Source: Octopus vulgaris (lineage: Eukaryota). Taken from it: DNA of 64,000 bases. This document shows, in pieces, positions 38,560-51,504 of this stretch. Each line of letters starts with the position of its first letter. Within the stretch, counting starts at the first letter, position 1. The notes under the pieces were generated by a model. The model had not been told where the DNA came from and did no database searches. It saw only the letters and a program-made list of their open reading frames with translations. Location: the NCBI GenBank assembly GCA_951406725.2, contig OX597814.1, positions 117,490,001 to 117,554,000 of the forward strand, given 5' to 3'. The position numbers and the translations under genes were made by a program.

Positions 38560-39640
38560 CAAAAACTTTTTCCTTTATTTTTCCTTCTTTTTTGTTAAAA
38601 ACAAATTAATTTTACTTTTATTCCTCTTTAACGCCTCATGTAAGGCTCCAGTTCTAACAGGTCGATTACTGGTGGCAGCTCATTGAACTCCACCAGTGTT
38701 CCGGCTGGGTCAATTTTACTACCGCACATGTCTCTCAGTTTCTTATAGGTTTCCCTATCGACCACAAAGGTCTTCACACTCTCTAGGTACACGTCTTTTG
38801 GTAACTTTACCCTTATAATGTGCTTGAACTTTACGATTTTTTTCTCCACCTCCTCGTTCTTGGAATAGGTCACGAATTACCATTTGTAACTCCTTCCTCT
38901 CGGCTTTCTCTTTTCTTCCTCCACTACCCTTCCTATTATAGATTCATCTATACTCTTCTCTGAGTCTAGGACCATCTCTTTCTCCGTCTCTACTGTAACC
39001 AGTTTCCTCGTTTCGTCCTCTTGTAGTTGAATTCCTGAGTCTTCCGTCAATTTACCTATCATCTTCATATTTGTTTCCTCCTTCTCTGACTCTTTTTCAC
39101 ACATCTTCTCAATTATTTTTTCCCTTTCATTTTCCGTCTCACTTTTATCATCTTTCTTTCTCGTTACCTCTTTCTTTTCCATCTCTTCTTTCTTCTGTTT
39201 CTGATTAGTCGGTAGTGGGCTTACCCTACGCTCCTCCTTTTTCTTTACATTAGTGTGAATTCTTCTACCGCTGTTGTCTCATTATTCCCACCTATTACTG
39301 CCTATTCGACCTTTTCTGTAGCCTCTCTCTGTTCTTTTCGTGGGAATCTCGCCTTCATGTGTCCTTTTTCGCCACATTCGTAACACACAGGCAGTATTCC
39401 CTCCACCTTCATTCTTAGTCTTCTTCCTAACGTTGTTCATTAGTTCCTCTGATGGCGTCAACCTTATCTTTCCGCCTTCCTTTTTCAGCAGCTTCTCACT
39501 AGCCTTCATCGTCCTGGGCTCTACCTTTATTTCAAAGGTCTCTAATGTTTCCTTCGCTGCTCCTCTTCCAGCTGCGGCTGCATAGCTGTGGCCGCCCTCT
39601 GGCGCCTTCTCCATTTTCCTCAACGGGAGAGTTTAACAAC
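38560..39640 (-). mobile_element. gag/ORF1-like remnant with CCHC zinc knuckle (retroelement-derived)
   Basis: SYAAAAG N-terminal motif. A shifted frame at ~39390-39340 reads PVCYECGEKGHMKARFP. E/K-rich downstream ORFs. No RT seen. Confidence 0.6.
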
Positions 39641-40322
39641 ACAAAAATTAACGGTATAACAAACAATATTAACAACGGTTTTAACAACAGCAGTAATCAA
39701 CAATAAATTCTACTCACAAATACAACTCAACTTTAATAACTCAACTTATTACATAAAATTACAGACATTTTAGTATGTTGTAAATATTTAGCGTCTTATA
39801 ATTTTCTTAAATTTAAAATTTAACTTTTTAGAATATAAAATTTTAAAGCTTTTTGAAAATACGACCCAATTAGATCATTGGATCCAATGAACACTTGTGC
39901 ACAAACATGTAATCTTAAATTATTTTTTTGATAGTAGTATATTTCAGTACAGAATGAAACATTCCCTTTGGATATTATTTGCATAATTAACTAAAGTTAA
40001 CCTTTCAATGATTTCCATTTCTTATTTAAACGTGGTAAACCTCTTGAAAATCTGCAGAACATTATATGATGCTGTCACTTATTCATCGATACTCAAAAGT
40101 TGAACTTCCACCAACTGAATACTCACCATGTAGTGCCTTACTGATATTTGCTGGATTTTACCTCGAGAAAGGAATCCTGAGGAAGGAGGGCTGAATTTCG
40201 AATACTTCGTACAACCACTTTTCTGAAACGTCTGCAGGTTAGGAAAAAAAAATTTAATCGCCTCTTTCAATTTAGGTTTTTATTTTTCATGCTTATATTC
40301 GTATTTCATTGTTATGTTTATA

Positions 40323-40885
40323 TTGGGTTGTCCGAAAAGTTCGTTCCGATTTTTAAAGGAAAGTGAAAGATCACTAAATATTTGCCATAACTTTTTTAAT
40401 CAACCAAATCTGAACCATTTCGTTGCACAATACGTCTCCATCTTTACCTTGAAAATACCCTCTTCCCAGAATTAGGGTGGTTTCAAGGCAAAGAATTCGT
40501 CAATGGATCTTTTTACGTCATCTAAGGAATTGAACTTTTTACCATTAAGACTATTCTGCAGAGACCTAAATAAGTGGAAATCCGAATGAGCAATATCTGG
40601 GAAATAGGGAGGGTGGGCGTAACACATCCCAGCCGAGCTGCAGCAATTTTTGCCTGGTTTCCAAAGCATCAAGTGCCGGAAATGAACTTTTTTCATCTTT
40701 TATTTTAAAGGGTTACAGAATGAACACTGGTTATAGGAACATAAACCTTCTTCCACGAAAAGATAACTTAAACTGTGCTCTAAATGGAGGTGTAGTCAAA
40801 TCCTATTTTATGGACTCAAACATGTTCTAAAATAATTCGAAAAATAAGCTACTATAAATCGGCACGAACTTTCCGGGCAACCCAA
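40323..40885 (-). mobile_element. Internally deleted mariner (563 bp)
   Basis: TA-flanked TIRs TTGGGTTGTCCGAAAAGTTCG / CGAACTTTCCGGGCAACCCAA. N-terminal HFRHLMLW fused to HPPYFPDIAHSDFHLFRSLQNSL. Confidence 0.9.
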
Positions 40886-41387
40886 TATTTCAATATTTTT
40901 ATCATGAAACTCTTAATATAAATATGTGGATATTCGTATGGAATAATACCTTATGTGCTACATCTGTATTTTCTTGTCTGTATGTTTTAAGAAATTTGTT
41001 TGCTGTAATATACGATTTTTGCACTCGTGACTGGACTAAGGCTACGTTGTTTTCCCATTATTAATAAATTGTATAATAACATTAAATTATAACTTTATTT
41101 GGTGCATTTAGACTCGTTGTGTGTCCACCCATTTTGGCCAAAAAATTGCATACATATTACATGGTCTTAAACTAATTTTGCCGTTAAATTTGAAACGTTT
41201 ATATTTATCATTAGAATTCTTCAAGTTGTATAAAAATAGTTATTGTCTGCATCATTCGAAAGAGAAATAAATTTTGCATAAGGTGTAAACGCTAAAAATA
41301 ATTTGTGTGGTGTTAGTAACAAAATATTTTGTAAGAAATAGAACTTTTATCGTCGGTCTTAAATATATTTTCGCCAGTGTATATATC

Positions 41388-43878
41388 TCAGGTTATCCCA
41401 TAAGTTCTGTCCGAATTTTGGATAAAGAATACAAGTGATCAAATGTTATATTTAATTGTAAGTTAATCATCGATGTACTTTCCCAGATTATCTATGACTT
41501 ACTTCCATCTATTTACAAGCTTTTTAATCCCATCAATGTAAAACTTTTTTGGTTTGAAAGCGAGGAACTCTGAAATGTCAGGTTCGACCTCCTACTGGCT
41601 TGCGAAAGTTGTGCCCCCCTAATAATTCTGTAAACTATGAAACAAATGGTATCCTGAATGAGTAAGGTCGGGAGAATAAGTTGGATGAATTTTTTTCCAA
41701 ACCGACCTCTTCGATATTCTGTGATGAGATCGTTGCAGTGTAGGGTTGCGCATTATCCTGATGAAACATCACTCGTTTTCGACTCACTAAAGCGGCTCTT
41801 TTTTCCTTCAAAGCTAGTTCAAACGCTCTAAGTGCTGACAATAGACTTGAGCTTGATTGTTGCATTAGGTGGCAATAATATAAAGTGAATTGCGCCTTTG
41901 CAATCGCACCAGACAGAGAGAAGAACCTTTTTTCCCATGAAGCTCCTTTCTCGGTTGTAGTTGAGCATTTCTCTTTTACCAAGCCACTGTTTACTACGTT
42001 TAACATTTCGATAGAAAATCCATTTTTCGTCAAAAGTCTATCGAAAAAGGGTGAAATGAGTTTGCGAGAATGGAGAGAAGAGCAGATGTCAACTCGGGAT
42101 TTGCGGTTGCTTTCGGACACTATATGAGGCACCTATTTTCCAAGTTTAGGAATATTTCCACGTTGTTGAAGATGACGACGAACTGTTGTATGGTTTGAAG
42201 TAAGCTTCCTTGCCAATTCTTCACGTAATGCCTCAAGGAGCTTATCAACAAACTCAACTGGACGTCCTGTTCGATATTCATCTTCAATTTTGCAAAAGAT
42301 CTCCTGCAAGTTCCTTCATTCAAGCATTTTCCCATAAACTGAGTGTATGTTTCGAGTCACTTCGGCTGCAGAGTTACCTTTATTGTACTCATAAATAATT
42401 ATATGTGCCTTAACTGCTCCTTGGATACTTCCATGTTGAAAAGGTTTTAATCAAAGCAATTTTAGGGTATCCACGAAATCTGGGTACATGGAATAAAATC
42501 ATAACATAAAAAAATAAATATAAGAAATAATAATTTTTCTTTTTTACTTTTGTTTAAATTAAATTAAAAAATACTTTACTTTTCTAAATTTATGTGTTAA
42601 TTTTTCTACAGATGATCGAATGATGGATCTGTCTAAAGAAGAAAGAATCGAGTTAGTATTATTAAGTGGACGAAAGAGACGGTCTTATCGCAAAATTGTG
42701 GAATAATTTAATCTTCGACACCCTTATAGGCAACCTGCCGTCGGGAAATTGATCAAGAAATTTAAAGAAACAGGCAGTGTTTTAAATAAACCTCGTTCCG
42801 GGCGACCAAAGCCTTTAGATAAAACGAAAGAGGCTGTCACGGCTAAAGTTTCTGCTAGCCCAAAGAAATCACTTCGTCGGACATCCACAGTGTTAGGTGT
42901 TACAAAACCAACCATCCATAAAATACTGGTTGAGGAAAAAGTTTCATCGATACAACCTACAGATATTGCATCACTTAAATGAAGACGACCCTAATAGCCG
43001 AATGTAGACGTGCGAATGGTTTTCAAATAAAATGGATGAAAATATCAATTTTACGAAAATCTTTGTGTTGTTAAGTGACAATACTACGTTTTATGTAAAT
43101 GGTGAGGTCAACAGACAGAATCTTCTATACTGGTCTCGAGGTAATCCACATTGGATGGATCTATCCAAACAGCAAGGCAGCAAAAATGTGATGGTGTGGT
43201 TTGGTTTGTGTAAAGCTCATGCTCTAGGACCCTCCTTCATGTAACGGATGAGACTTATGTAAATATATTGAGAGACAAATTAATATCTCACATTGAGGGC
43301 CTTCCGAATTGGATTCAGCAGGATGGGGCCCCTGCCCATTTTGCCACAACTGTTAGAGATTGCCTTAATGGCACTTTTCCTCACTGGATTGGAAGAAGGG
43401 GTCATATGGAATGGTCCCCTCGTTCACCAGACCTTTCTCCCCTTGATTTCTTTTTCTGGGGTATGTTGAAAGAGAAAGTTTACTCAATAAAGATTACAGA
43501 TTTAAAACACATGAGAGAACGCATTACCAGTCAGTGTGCTGAAATTGATGGCAATGTAGACTTATTTAATCACGTTCAACTGAATTCTGCCAGGCGCGTC
43601 AGGTTATGCATTGAAAATGATGGAAATCCCTTTGAAAATATTTTTTATTAACATTATAATTAAATAAAATTGTTTTGTTTTAAAAGTATGTGTTAATCCC
43701 CATGTACGCAGACTTTGTGGGTACCCTTTATTATTTTGTAAAACAATATTGAATTAGTTTAAACGTACACAAAGGCATAAAATTAATTTTTAATTAAATT
43801 AGACATTTGAAAATACTATTAAATTTCATTCAAATCTAAAAAGAGGGAAAATTGAACAGAACTGATTGGATGACATGA
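41388..43878 (-). mobile_element. mariner relic interrupted by a second DNA transposon
   Basis: TIRs TCAGGTTATCCCATAAGTTCTG / CAGAACTGATTGGATGACATGA. Coding motifs VPH, VMFHQDNAQPY, YSPDL..YHLF at 41450-42435. Confidence 0.85.
42463..43728 (+). mobile_element. rosa/DD41D-like Tc1/mariner transposon relic
   Basis: TIRs AGGGTATCCACGAAATCTGGGTACATGG / CCATGTACGCAGACTTTGTGGGTACCCT. Motifs KFKETGSV..KPRSGRP, SDNTTFYVNGEVNRQN, QQDGAPAH...WSPRSPDLSPLDFFFWG (40 residues between the 2nd and 3rd D here). Confidence 0.88.
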
Positions 43879-44314
43879 TATATATAATCTATGATATTCT
43901 AGTAGGTTTCAAGTTTATAACACCTTGATATCTCGTGTTATCTCATTTTATATGCCTAAGACGTTAGTTTTCTATTCTGGTTTTTATATATTTCTGTACA
44001 TTATACTTGTATCTATAGTTAATTTTAAGCCGAAGCATAATACGATCCTTGTACGAATGAAAGAACAAGAATGTCCTCGGGAAATTTTATCTTCCACCGG
44101 TGTTTGTAATCGATGGTGACATGTGCGATGATTTTGCGATTATCTTCTATTTTACGGAGAAATTGGAAGCCCCGAATGTAAGCCACCACTTTATGCATAA
44201 TTCAATATTTATAGTTCTCTATTTCTAACTAAAATTCTGTCCTCAATAATTATAGATCTCTATATCTAAATGTAATTCATTTTCTTCCCGTTCAACTTAT
44301 AACTATAAGACGCA

Positions 44315-44567
44315 TTCTTGCCTGTCTCTTGACGAAGCTTTTTTTCTCCAGCGTTCACCACTTCACCTCGTTAGGGTTAAACAGCCTTTACCGAATGTTT
44401 TCACTGTCCTGTTTTTGTTAGCAGCTTTGACGATCCACGTATCTCAAATGTAATTTAATTTGCTTTGGGGGAGCAATTGCTTTGACGAAGACGTATCTAG
44501 GTAAAACTGCCAACAACTGAGGAAGGGTTGTTTTTTATGCTGCCTTCGCGCTATAGTTCTCTATATA
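44315..44567 (+). repeat. Interspersed repeat related to 50569-50990 (pLTR-like)
   Basis: Shares colinear motifs ACTGTCCTGTTTTTGTTA, TTTAATTTGCTTT, GAAGACGTATCT and CTGAGGAAGG with the reverse complement of 50700-50860. Confidence 0.5.
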
Positions 44568-44593
44568 TAATTGAAATTCTTTCTTTCTTTTTT

Positions 44594-46115
44594 GCCGAGT
44601 CAAGCCAAGCCAAGCCGAGCCGAGCCGAGCCATTTGTAATAGTGACACCAATGCCATAACGCTCACTGTGGTGTCGTAGGCCCGGACAGTGAGCGCAATG
44701 GCGCCCAGAGCAAGCTCTGATGATCCTCAGCAGCTTTGGTGGACATCCGATTTTTTGGAGTAGGATGAAGAGGCCTTTTCTACTTACGAAGTCAAAGGCC
44801 TTTGTCCGATCAACGAAGGCCATATATAACGGCAGTTTCTGCTCTCTGGACTTCTCCTGAAGTTTGCGTATGGGGAATATTATGTCAATAGTTGATCTGC
44901 TTCTTCTAAAGCAACACTGCGATTCTGGATAAATTCGGGAAGCAAGCAGTTGTAGCCTGGACAGGATAATGTGAGCAAATGGCTTTCCAAAAGTGCTTAG
45001 AAGAGATATTCCACGGTAATTGTTACAATCACCAGGGTCACCTTTGTTTTTGTAAAGCGTGATGATGTTAGCATCCCGCATATCATGAGGGACTGTATCC
45101 TCTTCCCAGCACTAACACAGAAGCTCATGAAGGTGCCGAAGCAGGATGGTGTTTTTGCGGTTTTGATGATCTCTAAGGGGATGCCGTCTTTTCCGGAGCG
45201 TTGTTACTTGCTAGAGATTCAATAGCCTTGGTGAGCTCTGCTATAGATGGCAGCTACTGTGGACCCCGTGAGTACAGATTCTGGTAGTACTCCACCCATG
45301 TATCCATTTGCTTTCTTTGGTCATTGATGAGATCTCCAGTAGTTAAATTCAGAGAGGCTGACTTGGTTGCGGATGGTCCGAGGGCCTTCTTCAAACCGGC
45401 ATACATCCAACGGGTGTCACCACTGTCAGCAGCTGACTTGATACTCTGACAGATTTCCTGCCAATACCTATTTGCACAGCGTCTGGCAGTCAGTTTGATT
45501 TTATTTCTTGCCTTTCTGCGTTCTTCGAGTAACTTTGTAGAAGAATCACTCTTATATTGCACCAGAGCTTTGCTTCGATAACTGTTTCCAGCACTGAGAG
45601 CCCAACACTGAACAAAATCTGGGTATATAGAGAACTACGACGCGAAGGCAGCATAAAAAACAACCCTTCTTCAGAAAGTATCTATTGATGTAGTATACAA
45701 AGCTTCCCTGATATAATTCCACCTACTTTCAGCAGAAGAAGTTGGGTAGCTATTAAGGGCGACCTTGATAGAAACAGCAAAACATTGTCGCAGTGTAGGG
45801 TCCGAGGTTCTGCCAGTGTTAATGCGTGGTCGGCCCATTTTCTTGGAGTGATGGACTTTTTTTAGGCAGAATCCTCACCCTGCTTCTTATTGGTGAATAA
45901 TCTGTCACAATCCACACTGTAGTAAGTACGGGTCAGTTGAGCAGAATTCAGAAAGGATTTTCGTGTAATGATGAGATCCAGCTAATGCCAGTGGTGAGAT
46001 CTTGGATGTCTCCAAGATGCCTTGTGGGATGTCTTGTTGGAAAAGAATGTGTTGGTGATGCACAGGTTATGGTATGTGCAAATTTCAAGTAGTCTCTGAC
46101 CATTGTCATTCATGT
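44594..46115 (-). mobile_element. RTE/BovB-like LINE remnant, internally deleted, with a pentamer tail
   Basis: HPRSHHW, MRDANIITLYKNKGD..DCNNYRGISLLS, PESQC.FR..RST.D, AFVD.TKAFD, GCPPKLL. Tail (GGCTC/GGCTT)n at 44594-44631. Confidence 0.9.
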
Positions 46116-46211
46116 TGCTAATACCAAAACACATACACTTACATATATACATACATATTTCTACGATTGATTCTTTTCAGTTCCTGTCCACGAAATCCAC
46201 ACACACACACA

Positions 46212-46289
<78 letters not shown>

Positions 46290-46302
<13 letters not shown>

Positions 46303-47298
46303 GTATACACACAAAGATAAATTGATGGATACAACTGCGTGGGCAAACAAAAATATGAGACACTGCATAGTGCTTTTTTTATATTTTGATAAGCCTGGTA
46401 CTTATTCTGTCAGTTTCTTCTTGTGAAACCAGTAAGTTATGGGGATGTAAATAAACGAACACCAGTTGTGAAGCAGTGATGAGGGAGAAACACAAAGACA
46501 CACACATAGACTTACGTATATTCATACATATACATGCAATTGATTTCTTTCAGTTTCTGTCTACAAAATCCACTGACAAGGCTTTGGTTGGTCTGAGGAT
46601 ATAGCAGAAGACACATGCCAAGTTACCACACAGTGGGACTGAATTGAGGACCATGTGTTTTGGAACCAAGTTTGTTACCACACAGCCACACCTGCACTTG
46701 TGTATATGTATGCGGGGTGGTGGTGGATCGGTGTGTGTGTGTATGGGTGTATATATGTATGCGTGTATATATATATGTATATATATATATATGTGTGTAC
46801 ATATTACATGTACATCTATATATACATCTAGACATCTATAGAAATACATCTATACATATACATGTATACATATAGATCTATATATATGTATATATATATA
46901 TATATATATACATACAATAGAGAGATGCTTTTGTTTCACTTTTAACACGTAATACTGAAATAGTGGAGAAGATGTGATATTGCTGTGGGCTCGCCCTAGG
47001 CAAGAAGTTAAACAGTTTTTTTGCCCATGACACTACATGGAGCCTATGTAAAGCATGTGTAAAATTTGAATGAAATTGGTTGTGTAGTTCTCAGGTTTTA
47101 GGGATTCATAGTGGAGAAGATATGATATTGCTATGGGCTTGCCCTAGGCAAGAAGTTAAAAAAAGTTTTTGCCCGTGACACTCCTTGGACCCTAAGTAAG
47201 ATATGTGTAAAATTTGAATGAAATTGGGTGTGTGGTTCTCAGGGTTTAGGGATTCACACAGACAGGCACACACACATTCTCAGTTTTATATATAGAGA
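46290..47298 (-). mobile_element. Second, 3'-truncated copy of the SINE-carrying Helitron-like element with a ~150-bp internal tandem duplication
   Basis: Colinear with ~36740-37582. 46960-47108 is duplicated at 47109-47257. Minus strand starts TCTCTATATATAAAACTGAGAATG. Confidence 0.75.
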
Positions 47299-47329
47299 TA
47301 GATGAACGATATTTAGAACTACAAACATG

Positions 47330-48840
47330 AAGAAGTGAAACAAACACTGAAGGGCCATTTATCAGTCATTGTAATGATTCTAATAACCCACCTTTCTCAA
47401 GAGACACAATTATGTAGATCCCAAGGTTTTCTGTTGTTTGGTAACCGAATTTCAATTACGAAAATAAGAAATGTAAGCTGTAACTTTTACCTTGAGCTGT
47501 TTGTGCACCAATGAAATAAATGTAATAAATTCATTATTGATACTGTGATGAAAAGGCAATCAATGCAGGCCTAATTCAAATACGTAAATTGTATACAAGC
47601 AAAGTAGTTGTATCGGTGAGAATCACTGATAGCGTGTAACCAAGTGAAGAAGGCAGCGATGAAATGATTAAGTTAATAATGTAAACTTAAAGAAAATACA
47701 AAGAGGCTTATGTTTTATCTGTACATGAAAACAATTGTTTACAGGCTGGAAAATGGTTTCACTTCTTTAAGTTGTTAGAACAAAAGGAGAAAATAGTAGA
47801 GACCATTTTAATACAAGGTAACAAGTGACGACAAGGTGGATAACTAAAACTTCTAAATAAAAAAAAGTAAAATAGAAACATTTACATGATCAACAGTGTG
47901 CAAATGTGACAGAATGGATGTTAATCAATATGAAAGCCAACATAAATACTCTGGATTAAACGTAGAAATGGGTCATCACATTTTAGTTACACAAGATCAA
48001 TGTCTAGACATACACACACTAAAATTTACACAGAAAAAAAGAAATTACCCAAGAACCTGATATAATCTGCAAACATTACAATCGACATTATAAAACAATC
48101 AACGGCGACAGTATCAGATGTCCATTTTTAGCAAAGACAATAAATGCACAGACATGACCGTGGTGGTGAATATATCCATTATGCAAATATAAGCACCTTC
48201 ACAACACCATTTAGAACAATTGCTATAAGCACGCACAAGACATCGTGTATGTGTATGTGCGTGTGTACGCGTTTGTGAATGTCTTTGTATCGGTTCGTGT
48301 GTGTGTGTGTGTGTGTCGGGGTTTGCGGCTTCTTAATGACAAGAGGCTGTGAAATAGATCAAAGTACACTGTCCAGTTTTAATCAGTCAGAAACGAAAAT
48401 ATATTCAGTCATCTATGCTGAGATAAACTTATTCGCCAAAATATCGAGGGATGTGTTTATTTATGTCCGAGAAGCAATTACAATATACAAAACTCTAAAT
48501 GGAAATAAGCATTCCACACTTGTGGAACGTTAAAGACAATACAGAAAACAGAGAGTAAAATATACAAAGAGATTTCAATGTTAAAAGTGATCAGAAATAA
48601 ATAGAAGGAGGAGAGAATAGCGGTAATATAAACAAAAACCATTCTATGCAATATATATTCAATTGAATAACAGAAATCTAACGAAACATATTTTACACAA
48701 ACATTTCTCGAAACAATAACCATTCTAATAGTAAAGTTTTAAATCTAACATATTTATAAGTATTTCAATCACCAAAAGTGAAAACTAAATGTAGCACACC
48801 AACTTGACAATGTTTCTAAATAAAATCTCATAGACATCTA
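47330..48840 (+). mobile_element. Very decayed R4/Dong-type LINE
   Basis: ILVTQDQCL (~47980) and RHDRGGEYIH (~48150). Ends near (ACT)n/(AAT)n at 48897-49040. Confidence 0.5.
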
Positions 48841-48894
48841 AGTAATAAAGAGCTATTTCTAATGGTGTAGTGAAGATGTGTGATATTTATAAGA

Positions 48895-49042
<148 letters not shown>

Positions 49043-50268
49043 TACTAAACAACGGCAACAGATCAAAACCGAAGACAGTAATAATAGTATTGCTATAGAA
49101 ACCAACAACAAAAATATCTCACATATACCTTGTAAGTCTTTAAATACCGATAATAATTATCAAATTTGCGCAGAAAAAAAACAGAAGCAGAGGAAAGAAA
49201 CGAAAAGAATTATCGAAAACTAGTTAGAACGAGAGGTGTGTCTCAAGGATCCGCTTCTTATAGGTTTTGGAGAGATTCGACGCTGACATAATATTCTGAT
49301 TAATTATATTCCTAAAACTATCTTCCAGTATAGTAGAAAATGAAAGTTTTCTATAAAATCATTATAGGATAAATGATTAAATAGGAAAATGTGGATACCA
49401 TAATAGACATAAATATGCAGTGTATGAAAAGTAAACAGGTTCCATAAACTGATGTCAAAATTTTAGGTTCATGTTTACAGACAATAACGAAAACATAGCC
49501 AATCCGTGTTAAATCAGTTAATAAATTCTACTGAAGAGTTGTGCAGAAATACAGCACAGCTATAATCATGTTTTAGAAATAATAACAAGTTCTTCATTCC
49601 TGTGCACCACAAGATTATGCAGAGATTACACCTTCAGTTGCAAAAATATTCTTATCGTTTTTAAATATATCAAACTTGAGATACGAACCACGGCGAATTG
49701 CAAATGGAAAGGTTTCAGAAATTGAAAAATATATGTCCAAACCTAATTTGTACGAAATAGTATAATACAAGGTAGATGAGCATTAAAATGAAGATATGAA
49801 GAGGGCCTGGAAATATTTAACTTTCCTTGTGTTCCAGTAACTTTGCGGAATTATTGCGGATCAAAAGTATTTGCGCTTAAATTATCAAAATTTAAAACTT
49901 TATTTGAAAAGATGGAGGAATATGTGTCATCGAAGAAAAATGATAGATTTCAATTGACAGAAATACTGCGAGAAATTCTACATTGACGAAGAAAAAGGAT
50001 GTGCATCACCTCTTTTGAAGTGATTTAAGGATATTCAGAGTACGTTACGTTAAAAACGTTGAAACAATCGAGGTGTTTGGTGTAAACAATTCATTCGAAC
50101 TGATATTCCTAAGAACTTTTTATAAAGTCTTCAACATGCCAATGTCTTAAATAAATATAGTAAGTATTAAATTATATATGTGTGTGTTATTTAGAGATAG
50201 TTGTCCCCATCATCACGCCATATAAAAGAATTTTAATTTAATACTTACTATTCATTTTTCTGCTACAC

Positions 50269-50332
<64 letters not shown>

Positions 50333-50568
50333 ATATATATATATCCATACATAACTATATAATACATATATACATACAAAGATATATATATATATACATA
50401 TATATACACATATATATATATATGGATATATGTATGGAGATATATATATATGTATACATATATATATATAAATGTATATATCATAATAAATTAATAAATA
50501 AAACATATGCATATATACATACATATATGTACGTACCTACATCTATATGTATATATACATGCATATAT

Positions 50569-51295
50569 GGTTACAGGACACCAAGAAAAAAACGTCGAAC
50601 ACAGTGAGAAACTAAAACATAAACATAAAACCAAGTAACTGGACATTTTTCTTAAACAACGAAAAATAGAGTACAAGACATAGAACACAAAGAAAATTCT
50701 CCTTCTTCAGCCGCTTCTGTTTCATCTACTCCGGTTTCGAAGGTAAAGGCGAGACACGACTTCATTGAAACAATCCTTCCCGTAAAAGCAGATTAAATAA
50801 AAATTGCGAATTTTTTGCGGAGGGGTAAAAATGGTAACAAAAACAGGACAGTAAAGACAGTACAAAATATATACAGTAAAAGACAGGACAAGGAGAATAA
50901 CAGTAACACAAACATGTTAAGCCAGAACGAAAGAAAAATATTATGAACGCTTTTGAGGACGGCAAGAGAGAGACAGGAAGGTCATCCACACTTGAAGGAA
51001 GCCAGTCAGAAAAACAGTAGCAGACCTCTATTCGCAGTCAACGACGGGAGGGAGGAGGAGGAGAAAGAGAAAGGGAGAAAAAAAAGGAATGGTTGTAGAT
51101 AAAACCAGAAAGAATGAAGAATGAGAGAAAGGGAGAGAGAGAGAGAGGGACAGCAAGGTAGAAGAAAAGGAAATCGGAAAGAATGAAGGATGAGAGAGGG
51201 AGGGAGACAGAAAAGTTAAGAGTGCGTATTATTATTAATATTAAGATAAAACTTACTTAGAAATGGATGCGTGCGTTCCGTCATATAATAACAAA
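50569..51295 (-). repeat. Interspersed non-coding repeat in a (TA)n context (pLTR-like family)
   Basis: Pieces recur at 13448-13660 and 44315-44567. Confidence 0.5.
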
Positions 51296-51336
51296 TTAAT
51301 AAATAAAACATATATATACATACATACATACATATG

Positions 51337-51414
<78 letters not shown>

Positions 51415-51504
51415 CTTCTAATAGAAGGATAACATTTCTCAAAAAATATTTTACCCGTGGCATTTTTCCACCTTTTTTATGGTGAAAATTACAACAGTAA
51501 GGGC

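Noticed and set aside
49150-50150. Coding-like AT-rich stretch
   Set aside because: No ORF or recognisable motif; cannot assign.
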